The translations under genes and the position numbers were made by a program. Below, in pieces: positions 28,376-36,580 of a stretch of DNA of 57,453 nucleotides. Positions within the stretch are counted from its first letter, which is position 1. Each line of letters begins with the position of its first letter. The stretch is from a virus. Taxonomy: Duplodnaviria; Caudoviricetes. The notes below the pieces were generated by a model. It made no database searches and was not told the DNA's origin. It saw nothing but the letters and a program-made list of their open reading frames with translations. The stretch covers positions 1-57,453 of IMG/VR virus record IMGVR_UViG_3300017700_000813. One strand, 5' to 3'.

Positions 28376-28680
28376 TGGCCACGCGCAAGCGCCCAGTGAC
28401 CGCCGCCCGGGATGTTGCGTACACCCCGGGCGGAACCCGCGACGCAATGGACGCCTTCGCGGACGACGCCGGCGCGAGCGAGTGGATCCGCGGCAACACC
28501 AAGCCCGGCGAGGTCTTCTACGTCGCGACGTCGCGCTTCGCCTTCGACGGCAAGATCACCGGGTTCTGGAAGGGCAACGAGCTGATGACGCGCCGCGGCG
28601 TCCTGCACCGGCTGGCCATCGCCGGCCTGATCGATGTCGAGAGCCAGTTCTGGCGCGGCTGCCGCTGCCGCCGCCTGTAG
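28375..28680 (+). CDS. Hypothetical protein
   Basis: TGATG overlap; 101 aa. Confidence 0.6.
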   Translation: MATRKRPVTAARDVAYTPGGTRDAMDAFADDAGASEWIRGNTKPGEVFYVATSRFAFDGKITGFWKGNELMTRRGVLHRLAIAGLIDVESQFWRGCRCRRL

Positions 28681-28750
28681 TGGTGCACCGAACACAGTTC
28701 GTGTTAGAATTGCACGTCACCGGGGGATGGGCCTCCGGGGCAACAGGGAG
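28681..28750 (+). promoter_or_regulatory. Early cassette 5
   Basis: CGAAC-ACA-GTTCG (28689-28701), TAGAAT, hairpin CCGGGGG-ATGGG-CCTCCGG, GGGAG. Confidence 0.8.
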
Positions 28751-28757
28751 ATCCACC

Positions 28758-29195
28758 ATGTCGGCCTACGTCGTGAGCAACAACCACATCAACGCCATCG
28801 TGCGCTTCATGGAGATGGCCAAGCCGAAGATCTTCGAGCGCGCCGGCCGCCACTTCATCGGCGGCATCGATCCGGCACAGTACGGCAACGCCATCGGCCA
28901 GCTGCTGCTTAATGAGAACGTGCGCTCGGTGAACTACCGCTACGGGCAGAAGGGCCGCGCCGCAAAGTTCACCTACCACCCGATGCCGCCGGCCGTGAAG
29001 CCCATCGAGGCGCTGAAGCTGATCAACGGCCTCGACTACCAGAGCTGCGAGCGCAACGACTGGCACAAGTCGGTGGCCTGCCTGATCCTGACCACGCTGA
29101 AGATCGCCATCCTCGAGGACATGGCCGGCCTGAACGACAACAGCGGCCAGAAGCCGATCCAGATCGAATACGCTGCGGCACCGTGGAGCATCTGA
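28758..29195 (+). CDS. Conserved hypothetical early protein
   Basis: MSAYVVS-x-x-HI...EN-x-x-SVNYRY...LK...YQSCE-x-x-DW. Confidence 0.75.
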   Translation: MSAYVVSNNHINAIVRFMEMAKPKIFERAGRHFIGGIDPAQYGNAIGQLLLNENVRSVNYRYGQKGRAAKFTYHPMPPAVKPIEALKLINGLDYQSCERNDWHKSVACLILTTLKIAILEDMAGLNDNSGQKPIQIEYAAAPWSI

Positions 29196-29197
29196 CC

Positions 29198-29539
29198 ATG
29201 GCCTGCCAGCAGCTTGTCATCGGCGTCGTCGCCTACGAGGCCATCAAGGGCAAGGTCTTCGTCCGCATCCCCAACGAGCGCGGCCGGTGGATGCTCACCG
29301 ATCGATGCGTGGTTGAGGTGCCGTGCGACTACTGTGGATCCGTGACTGGCGAGCCGTGCTCGACGCGGAAGAAGCGCGACCCGCTGCTTCGCTACGGCGT
29401 GGCAACGCACATTGCCCGCCGCGCGGCCGCCGACCGAAAGCGCGGCTGGCGCTCGTACGGTGATGGCCCGCCACCCAAGCTGCGCATCCGCGCCGAGGAC
29501 ATCGCGGCCACCGAGGAGGATCCCGACGATGTCGGCTGA
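29198..29539 (+). CDS. Zn-finger hypothetical protein
   Basis: CDYCGS-x-x-GEPC...H-x-x-R. Confidence 0.55.
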   Translation: MACQQLVIGVVAYEAIKGKVFVRIPNERGRWMLTDRCVVEVPCDYCGSVTGEPCSTRKKRDPLLRYGVATHIARRAAADRKRGWRSYGDGPPPKLRIRAEDIAATEEDPDDVG

Positions 29540-29819
29540 CCCCTGCATTCCTCCTCACCGCAAAATCGTCGCCATCGCGAAGCGGTGGCGCCAGTCACTG
29601 ATCGATCGCAAGATCGACAAGGTGCCTCTGCTGATCGACATCACGCTCGCCCTGATGATCGCCGACATGAATGGCCTTCCGCTCGACACCGACGCGCTGC
29701 TGGCCGCGCCGATCGACGAGCTGGAGCACGACGTCGGCGGGATCTTCTGTGACGTCAACCGCGGCACCGGAAAGCTCGACGGACTCTTCCAACCCCGCCA
29801 CATTCGGAGAACCGCATGA
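29529..29819 (+). CDS. DUF6874-like protein
   Basis: PLD-x-x-x-LL-x-A...HDV-x-GI...NR-x-TGKL-x-x-x-F-x-PR. Confidence 0.65.
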   Translation: MSADPCIPPHRKIVAIAKRWRQSLIDRKIDKVPLLIDITLALMIADMNGLPLDTDALLAAPIDELEHDVGGIFCDVNRGTGKLDGLFQPRHIRRTA

Positions 29820-30058
29820 CCGACAACAAGCTCGACCCGCGCGACACGTTCGAGTACCTGCACAACGTCTCGGTCGCGCGCCACTACACCGCGCAGTCGA
29901 TGCGCCACAGCGCGCGGGCGCACCAGATCGCCGGCAACGGCGATGACGCGATGACCTACCTCCGGCTTGCCGGCACCTACGAGGAGATCTCGGCGCGGTA
30001 CCGGGAGAAAGCCTACGCCGCGGCCGACTGCCCGATGAAGCGGCAGGTGGCCCCGTGA
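29816..30058 (+). CDS. Hypothetical protein
   Basis: GGAG RBS, ATGA overlap. Confidence 0.6.
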   Translation: MTDNKLDPRDTFEYLHNVSVARHYTAQSMRHSARAHQIAGNGDDAMTYLRLAGTYEEISARYREKAYAAADCPMKRQVAP

Positions 30059-30261
30059 TCCGCATCGGCGGCGGCTACCCGCCCGAGAAGCCCGATCGCC
30101 GGCGCACCCCACGGCAGGCCCGGCCCCTGAACCCGGCCGAGCTGGAGGCCGCACAGGCCCGGCGACGGCCGCGGCGCCCCACCGGTACCGGGGAGGTGGC
30201 CGCCGGCGTCCTGTGGTTCGCCGCGTGCTGTCTGGCGGCCTACCTGATCATGGGTCTGTGA
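30055..30261 (+). CDS. Small protein with C-terminal TM
   Basis: GTGA overlap; hydrophobic tail. Confidence 0.5.
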   Translation: MIRIGGGYPPEKPDRRRTPRQARPLNPAELEAAQARRRPRRPTGTGEVAAGVLWFAACCLAAYLIMGL

Positions 30262-30296
30262 CCCTTGCGGATCCGCGCCGCTCGCTGCAGCGTCGA

Positions 30297-30467
30297 GCTG
30301 TCAGCGGGCGGTGCGGCCGGGATACGCGCTCGGGGACGGGAACCCCGTTCATGCCGGCAAACACCCGCAGCTGACGGCCCGGTTGCCGCCAATTTGTAAC
30401 GGCGGAGGTTGCGCGTGACCTGCTCCGGCCGGGGCCACAGCAGGGATGGGGGGCTTCGGCCCCTTTT
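30297..30467 (+). ncRNA. Candidate structured small RNA (about 170 nt)
   Basis: No credible ORF; upstream TTGCGG-N17-CAGCGT; several complementary stems; ends in a terminator. Confidence 0.35.
30450..30467 (+). terminator. Rho-independent terminator
   Basis: GGGGC-TTCG-GCCCC-TTTT. Confidence 0.75.
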
Positions 30468-30476
30468 CTCTGGGTG

Positions 30477-30537
30477 TTGACCCGAACTTGGTTCGTCTGT
30501 ATAGTCTGGGGCGTGGGGCGACGGGCGCCCCGGGAGA
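30477..30537 (+). promoter_or_regulatory. Early cassette 6
   Basis: TTGACC-N17-TATAGT with CGAAC-TTG-GTTCG (30483-30495); hairpin GGGGCG-ACGGG-CGCCCC; GGGAG. Confidence 0.85.
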
Positions 30538-30542
30538 TCCCC

Positions 30543-30896
30543 ATGAAAACCGCACAGGGCAACCGGATGGGCCGCAGCGTCGTCATCGAGGGCAAGGCCG
30601 CCGCGCTCTCGACTGACTTCGGCATGAAGATGCTGCGCGCGAAGTTCCCTGACGAAGCCGACGCCATCCTCGCCCACCTCGGCGTCTACTCGCGCGGCCC
30701 CCGTAAGGGCCTGCCGCGCGGCTACATCCACTGGGACAAGATCGTCGAGGGTGGCTTCCACTACGGCGAGGGCAGGGTGCTCTACCCCGGCACGCGCGGC
30801 TGGCGCGTCATGCCCGACACCAACCCGGAAGGGACCAGCGTCGGCAATACCATCGCTCTCGCGGCCGAGGCCGCGAAGCGCAACGAGGAGAAGTGA
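30543..30896 (+). CDS. Hypothetical early protein
   Basis: Follows the cassette RBS; Y-x-RG-x-RKG-x-PRGY-x-x-W motif. Confidence 0.7.
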   Translation: MKTAQGNRMGRSVVIEGKAAALSTDFGMKMLRAKFPDEADAILAHLGVYSRGPRKGLPRGYIHWDKIVEGGFHYGEGRVLYPGTRGWRVMPDTNPEGTSVGNTIALAAEAAKRNEEK

Positions 30897-30897
30897 G

Positions 30898-31314
30898 ATG
30901 GGCATGAATATCATCAGCCGCCGCGAGCGCGTCGAAGTCGTCAGCTACTACCTGCACTTCGCTTCGCGCAGCGTGCGCGGCGCGGGCTGGGGTCCGGACT
31001 GCGACGAGCAGGGCAACGTGCTTGGCGACGAGCACGCCACCAAGGAGCAGCGCGAGGCCGAGGTCGCCGCGGCCCACCTCGACCCGGACCTGATGCCGCC
31101 GGAGATCCGCCGCCGCAGCCACAGCTACATCCAGTGCGCCATCGGCCGCTGCACCTGCGGCGCCGAGGTCCACCTCGAGGATCCGCTGTTCAACGAGTGC
31201 GATCGCTGCCACCGCTGGTGGAATGTCTGCGGGCAGGAAAAGATCGACCCGAACGGCGCGCTGAACCGGGGGCTGGACATCGAGGCCGGCGAGTTCTACG
31301 GGGTCGACTACTGA
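30898..31314 (+). CDS. Zn-ribbon hypothetical protein
   Basis: RCTCG...NECDRC...NVCGQ. Confidence 0.7.
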   Translation: MGMNIISRRERVEVVSYYLHFASRSVRGAGWGPDCDEQGNVLGDEHATKEQREAEVAAAHLDPDLMPPEIRRRSHSYIQCAIGRCTCGAEVHLEDPLFNECDRCHRWWNVCGQEKIDPNGALNRGLDIEAGEFYGVDY

Positions 31315-31318
31315 CCCG

Positions 31319-31380
31319 TTGCACCACGAACCGAGTTCGTGTATTGTGTGGGTGTGGGGCGGATGGGCCGCCCCGGAGGA
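31319..31380 (+). promoter_or_regulatory. Early cassette 7
   Basis: TTGCAC-N17-TATTGT with CGAAC-CGA-GTTCG (31327-31339); hairpin GGGGCGG-ATGGG-CCGCCCC; GGAGG. Confidence 0.85.
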
Positions 31381-31387
31381 AAGTGAG

Positions 31388-31588
31388 ATGGAGATCCTGA
31401 TGAACCTCGCCGCCGCCCAGAGGGCCGCGCTGAGGAAGGCGATCGAGAAGGACGCGCCGCAGGCGCTGGTCGCGGCCTACGGTGGCTACGCGGTCCCGAG
31501 CGCCGACGAGCTGGAATACGAGCTGGCCGGTGCCCCGGTCATCGCGGTCTACAACCCCGCCGGCGGCTACGCCGGCCTGATGGTCTGA
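31388..31588 (+). CDS. Hypothetical early protein
   Basis: 66 aa after the cassette RBS. Confidence 0.65.
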   Translation: MEILMNLAAAQRAALRKAIEKDAPQALVAAYGGYAVPSADELEYELAGAPVIAVYNPAGGYAGLMV

Positions 31589-31598
31589 GGAGAACACC

Positions 31599-31853
31599 AT
31601 GAGCAACGAAGCCAACGCCCCCCGCGCCCTGAGCGCCATCGCCCGCGACATCCGTGCCAACTGGCCGAAGGTGAACTACGCGGCCAAGCCCTACCTCGAC
31701 GCGATGGCCCAGCTCGGCAGCATCAACGACAAGTTCTATGCCGACAGTGCCAAGGACGTGGTGCTCTACTTCCTCGCGAACGCCGGCAGCTGGCGCGGCG
31801 AGGACGCGAAGCGCATCAAGGCCGAGCTGAAGAAGATGGCGGGCGTGAAGTGA
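31599..31853 (+). CDS. Conserved phage hypothetical protein
   Basis: IA-x-DI-x-x-x-W...AKPYLDAM...YFLANA-x-x-WRGE-x-A-x-x-IK-x-EL. Confidence 0.75.
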   Translation: MSNEANAPRALSAIARDIRANWPKVNYAAKPYLDAMAQLGSINDKFYADSAKDVVLYFLANAGSWRGEDAKRIKAELKKMAGVK

Positions 31854-32113
31854 GACGGCCGCTGACGATGGCCCAAGCGTGCGCACGCTACCCGCACCGC
31901 TACACGATGACCTACGTCCCGGCGTGGGCGCGCAACCCGCAGGCCGGTAAGTTCTACGCGCCCCAGTACCGTGACTGCTCCGAGTGGTACGCGTCGACTC
32001 TCTTCCCGGGCGAGGGCGGGATCCCGAGGAACGAAAAATACTGCCAGTCCAACGGCCAGACGTGGCCGCTTGGCCAGTGGCTGGACAAGCCCTTCACCAT
32101 GGAGACGAACTGA
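31850..32113 (+). CDS. Hypothetical protein
   Basis: Aromatic-rich (HRYT-x-x-x-VPAWA...YAPQY), coupled ORF. Confidence 0.65.
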   Translation: MRRPLTMAQACARYPHRYTMTYVPAWARNPQAGKFYAPQYRDCSEWYASTLFPGEGGIPRNEKYCQSNGQTWPLGQWLDKPFTMETN

Positions 32114-32466
32114 TGAGCCTGCACAACGTCAAGGTCGGCGACGAGCTGATCGTGATCCGCGACATGAACGTCAAGCGGGTGGTGGTCACTAAGATCAACA
32201 TCCGCGACGTGGCGACCAGCGGCGGCCGCTTCATGAAAGACAACGGGAAATCGCACGGCTCAAGTGCATGGTCCGGCGAGTACGCGTACGCGGTCGACCA
32301 CGACTCGATCGAGCGCGAGGCCGCGCTCAAACTGAGGGTGCGGGCGACCCGCCTCCTCAAGGAGCTGCGCGAGCTGGACGTGATCCTGCCCGCGAGGATG
32401 ACGGCCGAACAGGTCGAATCCTTCTCGAGGTGGATGGCCGGCTGCCCGGTGAGGTACGGCGCATGA
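32113..32466 (+). CDS. Hypothetical beta-barrel-like protein
   Basis: MSL-x-x-VKVGDE start; TGATG overlap. Confidence 0.6.
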   Translation: MSLHNVKVGDELIVIRDMNVKRVVVTKINIRDVATSGGRFMKDNGKSHGSSAWSGEYAYAVDHDSIEREAALKLRVRATRLLKELRELDVILPARMTAEQVESFSRWMAGCPVRYGA

Positions 32467-33212
32467 CTGCCGTCAACCGCGCCCTCAGCTACGCCCTCGG
32501 TGCGATGGGTCCGAGCCGCGTCGACAAGAACGGCAACAGCTACGCGCTGCACCTGATACAGGTGGTCGACAACCTGCGCGAAAATCTGGTGCTGAGCGGA
32601 TCCGATCCCAACGACGAGGAGGTGCTGGCCGCGGCGGTGCTGCACGACACGGTCGAGGACACGCCGGTCACGATCGAGGATCTCGAGCGCCACGGATTCA
32701 GCGAGCGCACCGTCCGCCTCGTGGCGGCGTTGACGCACAAGCCGAGCGAGAGCTACATCCGCTACCTGATCGGGATCAAGGCCTCGTGCTGGGAGGCGGT
32801 GGCCATCAAGGCCGCCGACGCCACCAGCAACGCCGACCTCAGTCGCTGCCGCGGCATGCCGACCCACAAGGATCTGGACCGGTGCCTGAAGTATTCGCTG
32901 GTGCTGGAGTTCCTGCGATCGGAGACGCCGCTGGTGGGTACCGGTGCGCTGGCGGCGCTGGAGGCGCACATCTCACAGAAGACCGGGCGCAGCGCCGCCT
33001 CGGACATGGCGTCGGCACTGGCGTCGATCGTGGCCCACGAGAAAGCCAGCCCGCTGCTGGTGCTGCCCATGGTCGAGATCGAGGCCAATGCCTGCCGGGA
33101 CCGGGCCGTGGCCCACGTCCGGGCGATGAACTCCGAGCGGGTCGGCCCGCGGTTCGCGCAAAAAAAAGCCCCCGGGGGTGAGCCGGGGGCCTCTACTGCT
33201 GGGGTCGGTTGA
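32463..33212 (+). CDS. HD-domain (p)ppNpp hydrolase-like protein (SpoT-HD/Mesh1/Aph1 type)
   Basis: DK-x-G-x-x-Y-x-x-H, AAVLHDTVEDT, V-x-ALTH, Y-x-x-Y and VAIK-x-AD-x-x-x-N motifs. Confidence 0.85.
   Translation: MTAVNRALSYALGAMGPSRVDKNGNSYALHLIQVVDNLRENLVLSGSDPNDEEVLAAAVLHDTVEDTPVTIEDLERHGFSERTVRLVAALTHKPSESYIRYLIGIKASCWEAVAIKAADATSNADLSRCRGMPTHKDLDRCLKYSLVLEFLRSETPLVGTGALAALEAHISQKTGRSAASDMASALASIVAHEKASPLLVLPMVEIEANACRDRAVAHVRAMNSERVGPRFAQKKAPGGEPGASTAGVG
33160..33190 (-). terminator. Terminator facing leftwards (possibly bidirectional)
   Basis: A-run followed by GCCCCCGG-GGGTGAG-CCGGGGGC on the plus strand. Confidence 0.6.
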
Positions 33213-33610
33213 CAGGGTCAGCCGGCCAGCGGTAGGGTTGCCGTCCGGGCCGGCTTGCAGGCCGCCCGGGCTGATCCAGTCTTCCGCCGAAGAACTAGAT
33301 CCGTATGGCCCGCCGAATGTACATGGCCCGTCCCTACTGATCAACCCCTTAGCCGAAGACCTTCAGCCCTCCGTCACGGTCGGGTAACGACAGCGTGCGC
33401 GGTTGAAAGTCGGAGCTGTGGGATAGGGGCTGAGAAGCCGAGCGCGCCGTAGTCATCGCAGCGCGTGCCCCGAACAAGGCGATGGTCTGCAGTCCGGCTC
33501 CGCTAGCGAAGTCGCCAGCAGGATCTCCAAGCGCATCGGCGTTTGGATGCTTCCTGCTGCCTCACCACCAGCGAAAGGATTCTCTGGGGAGATCTAAGAT
33601 CTAAAGCTCT
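33209..33610 (+). other. Structured non-coding region with its own promoter (ncRNA or origin candidate)
   Basis: TTGACA-N18-TAGGGT (33209-33238); long hairpin 33516-33559; AGATCTA tandem repeat; no credible ORF. Confidence 0.4.
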
Positions 33611-33618
33611 TCAGGCTG

Positions 33619-33678
33619 TTGCACGTCGAACTGAGTTCGTGTACTCTATCGGTGTCGGGTGATGGGCACCCGGGGAGA
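33619..33678 (+). promoter_or_regulatory. Early cassette 8
   Basis: TTGCAC-N17-TACTCT with CGAAC-TGA-GTTCG (33627-33639); hairpin CGGGTG-ATGGG-CACCCG; GGAG. Confidence 0.85.
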
Positions 33679-33684
33679 AGTGAA

Positions 33685-33990
33685 ATGGGCAAGATCCTCA
33701 ACAAGGTCGACAAGCTGGCGCAGCTGCGTGTGGAGCAGGCCGCGCTCAAGAAGGCCGCCGACAAGCTCGAGGCCGAGATGAAGGCGCAGGGCGTCGGCGA
33801 GTACAAGGGCAGCGAGCACTACGCCAACGTGTACGAGCTGCAGTCGGCCGACAAGGTCGATTGGAAGGCGATCGCCATGAAGCTGCAGCCCAGCCGCCAG
33901 CTGATCGCCGCCCACACGAAGCCCGGCAAGCTGGGTCTGGTGCTGAAGCTCTTCGGCTACAAGAAGGACGGCGCGGCGGTGGCGGCATGA
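33685..33990 (+). CDS. Hypothetical Lys-rich phage protein
   Basis: VDKLA...VDWKAIA-x-KL-x-PSRQLI-x-AHT motif. Confidence 0.75.
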   Translation: MGKILNKVDKLAQLRVEQAALKKAADKLEAEMKAQGVGEYKGSEHYANVYELQSADKVDWKAIAMKLQPSRQLIAAHTKPGKLGLVLKLFGYKKDGAAVAA

Positions 33991-34223
33991 ACGGCCTCGA
34001 TTACCTCGATCGCGCGAAGCGCCTGATCGACGAGCAGAACCCGCCGGACGAAAGCCCACTGACGACGGCGTCGCGAGATCTTCGCGCCGCACGCGCCGCG
34101 ATCGATGGTCTGCTGACCGCGGCCCGCGACATCAGGGCGTCCATTGCGGTCGCGCCGGACACCTCGCTGGGTTGGATAAACGACAAGCTCGGCGCCGCCC
34201 TCAACAAGTTCGAGGTGAAGTGA
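33987..34223 (+). CDS. Hypothetical protein
   Basis: ATGA-coupled ORF. Confidence 0.55.
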   Translation: MNGLDYLDRAKRLIDEQNPPDESPLTTASRDLRAARAAIDGLLTAARDIRASIAVAPDTSLGWINDKLGAALNKFEVK

Positions 34224-34564
34224 TGAACCTGCAGCAGCTGATGTCCGCCTGCCCCAACCTCGTCGTGATCCCGGTCGGCGACAAGCCGACGGCGGCGGCG
34301 ACGGCAATGAAAGCACTGCGCGATGCCATCGCCGCGTTCGACGCCGGAAGCGCGGAGCGCGCCCAGCAGTGGGACGCCATCGAGAACAACGCCGACCTCG
34401 AGGCCGCTGAGGCTGCCGACCTCAAGGCGCTGGAGACTGTCCGCGAGGCGTTCTGGCAGCTGACCAAGGACCGCAACAGCCGCGCCCATTGCTCCATCGT
34501 TGGGATCGAGTTCATGCGCCGCATAGCGCAGCTCGATCCCGCTAAGTTCGAGGTGTCGCCATGA
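34223..34564 (+). CDS. Hypothetical protein
   Basis: TGATG overlap, GAGG RBS. Confidence 0.6.
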   Translation: MNLQQLMSACPNLVVIPVGDKPTAAATAMKALRDAIAAFDAGSAERAQQWDAIENNADLEAAEAADLKALETVREAFWQLTKDRNSRAHCSIVGIEFMRRIAQLDPAKFEVSP

Positions 34565-34890
34565 TCCAGCACATCACCGACCGCCGCACCCTGAAGCGCC
34601 TTCGCGGCGTGTTCCGGAAGTGGATCAAGGCTGGAACGATGACGCACCGCGAGACGTACAGTCGCACGTCGCGCGCACCGGCCGAAGTCAGCCTGCCGCC
34701 GGTACCGATCGAGCTGAGCGCGCCGACGCTGAGCGCCCGCGAGATCGAGGCCATCCACGCGAGGCGCTATGCCGACAAGGTCGTGCTCTCCGATCGCACG
34801 CAGCGGGCGCTTGATCGCGCTCGCGGACGGCGTAACCGACGCGCCGTGCTCGAGGCTGCACGCGCGCAGGCGGAGGCGCTGAACCGATGA
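34561..34890 (+). CDS. Basic hypothetical protein
   Basis: ATGA overlap, GAGG RBS. Confidence 0.55.
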   Translation: MIQHITDRRTLKRLRGVFRKWIKAGTMTHRETYSRTSRAPAEVSLPPVPIELSAPTLSAREIEAIHARRYADKVVLSDRTQRALDRARGRRNRRAVLEAARAQAEALNR

Positions 34891-35111
34891 GAGCATGGAC
34901 AACCATTGCCGGCGCCCTGATCCAGCACGCCGTGTCGGTTGCTGCCGAGGCGCGGGTCATTGTTCACGAAGAATCAATCACCAACACCGTCTGTGAAATA
35001 AAAGCTTGGGCTGGCCGAGAGGTTCCCATCATCAGGTTCAAAGGTGGGATCCCCAACGAAAAACCCTACGGAAAGAAAGCGCGTCGCCGCAACCGCGGCG
35101 GCAAGTATTAA
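34887..35111 (+). CDS. Hypothetical protein
   Basis: Coupled ORF with lower GC content. Confidence 0.45.
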   Translation: MRAWTTIAGALIQHAVSVAAEARVIVHEESITNTVCEIKAWAGREVPIIRFKGGIPNEKPYGKKARRRNRGGKY

Positions 35112-35127
35112 CCCACCAAGGATCCGC

Positions 35128-35355
35128 ATGAACTACCAGCCGCCCACCCCCGACGACGTGCGCAAGCTGCGCACCAAGCACAAGCTGACGCAGGTTGCGT
35201 TGGCCGACCACGCGTGCGTGACCGAACGCAGCGTCCAAATGTGGGAGGCGCCGACCGGCACGCTCTCGCACCGCTACCCGAGCGAGCCGGTGTGGACGCT
35301 CGTGCTCCACAAGTTGGGCGAGAAGAACATCGCCCGCGTTCGCCGGAGGAAGTGA
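35128..35355 (+). CDS. XRE-family helix-turn-helix regulator
   Basis: PTPDDVRKLR-x-x-x-x-LTQ-x-x-LA...VT-x-RSVQ-x-WE; AAGGA RBS. Confidence 0.8.
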   Translation: MNYQPPTPDDVRKLRTKHKLTQVALADHACVTERSVQMWEAPTGTLSHRYPSEPVWTLVLHKLGEKNIARVRRRK

Positions 35356-36578
35356 TGGAGACCACGACCGAGATCGCCAACCTCAGCCCCATCGTCGAGT
35401 ACAACGAGACCGAGCAGGCGCTGGCCCAGCTGCAGCACAAGTACAACTCCGCCGTCTACGACGTGACCACGAAGCAGGGATACCTCGCCGCGACACTGGC
35501 GCGGCGCGAGCTGCGCGAGCTGCGTGTGGCGCTGGAGAAGAGGCGCGGCGAGGTCAAGGCGCCCGTCATCGAACAGGGCCGCCTCATCGACGCCGAGGCC
35601 AAGCGCATCACCGCCCTGCTCGAGGCCCTCGAGAAGCCGATCGACGCCCAGATCCAGCAGCAGAACGATCGCAACGCGGCCGAGAAGGCCGAGCGCGAGC
35701 GCGTCGAGGCCGAGCGCGTGGCGAAGATCCGCAATGCCATCGGCCGGATCTCGAACGAGCCGGCTCGGCTGGCGGGCGCGCCAAGCACGCAGATCGAGGA
35801 GCGGCTGGCCCAGTTGCGCGCGGTGGTGCTGGACCCCACCAACTACGGCGAGTTTTTCGCCGAGGCCGAGCAGGCGCTGGCCGACATGCTGCCTCAGCTC
35901 GAGGGCCTGCTGGCACTGCGGATCCGGGTCGAGGCCGAGCAGGCCCAGATCGAGGCCGACCGGGCGGAGCTGGCGAGGCTCAAGGCCGAGCAGGCCGCCC
36001 GGGAAGCCGAGCAGGCGGAGCGCGATGCCGCCGCCAAGGCCGCCGCTGACGCCGAGCGGGCACAGGCGGACGCCGCCGCTGCCGCGGCCCGGGAAGAAGC
36101 CGATCGCGCCGCACGCGTCGAACGGGAGCGTCTGGCGGCCCAGCAGCAGCGCATCGCCCGGATCCGCGGGTTGGGCGACGGCATCGACGGCCTGAACATC
36201 TTCAGCTTGAAGACCATGTACGGCCTCTTGATGGAGGGGGAAGACCCGGACACCAATGGCCCCCTGCTGGATGGTATCGACGACGACCACCTCGTCGAAG
36301 CCGAGGCCGCGCTGGTCGCCACCACCTCCCGGGTATTGGCCGCGGTCGAGGCCGCGCAGAAGCGGATTGACGAGGACGCCGAGCGGGAGCGCCTGCAGCT
36401 GCAGGCCGTGGCGGACGCCAAGGCCGCGGCCGAGGACCGCGCCCGACTCGAGGCCGACATGCTGGCCAACATCACCCTGCATGACGCGGCGCTGGCTGGG
36501 CGGGATCTGCTGGTCGGGATGGGCCTCGAAGACCACGTTGTCACCCGCGGCCTGACCGCCGCCCTCGAGAGGAGCTGA
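35355..36578 (+). CDS. Long coiled-coil protein (DUF1351-like N-terminus)
   Basis: LEKRR-x-EVKAP...IDAEAK-x-I-x-x-x-L-x-x-x-E-x-PID-x-QI, then Ala/Glu/Arg coils. Confidence 0.65.
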   Translation: METTTEIANLSPIVEYNETEQALAQLQHKYNSAVYDVTTKQGYLAATLARRELRELRVALEKRRGEVKAPVIEQGRLIDAEAKRITALLEALEKPIDAQIQQQNDRNAAEKAERERVEAERVAKIRNAIGRISNEPARLAGAPSTQIEERLAQLRAVVLDPTNYGEFFAEAEQALADMLPQLEGLLALRIRVEAEQAQIEADRAELARLKAEQAAREAEQAERDAAAKAAADAERAQADAAAAAAREEADRAARVERERLAAQQQRIARIRGLGDGIDGLNIFSLKTMYGLLMEGEDPDTNGPLLDGIDDDHLVEAEAALVATTSRVLAAVEAAQKRIDEDAERERLQLQAVADAKAAAEDRARLEADMLANITLHDAALAGRDLLVGMGLEDHVVTRGLTAALERS

Positions 36579-36580
36579 TC

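Noticed and set aside
25949-33639. CGAAC...GTTCG as a Gram-positive LexA (SOS) box
   Set aside because: That box has a 4-nt spacer, whereas all copies here have 3 nt. Spanins and SSB indicate a Gram-negative host.
22146-33680. Repeated cassettes as a CRISPR array or attC integron sites
   Set aside because: Spacing is irregular and gene-sized, the repeats are degenerate promoter elements, and there is no cas gene or integrase.
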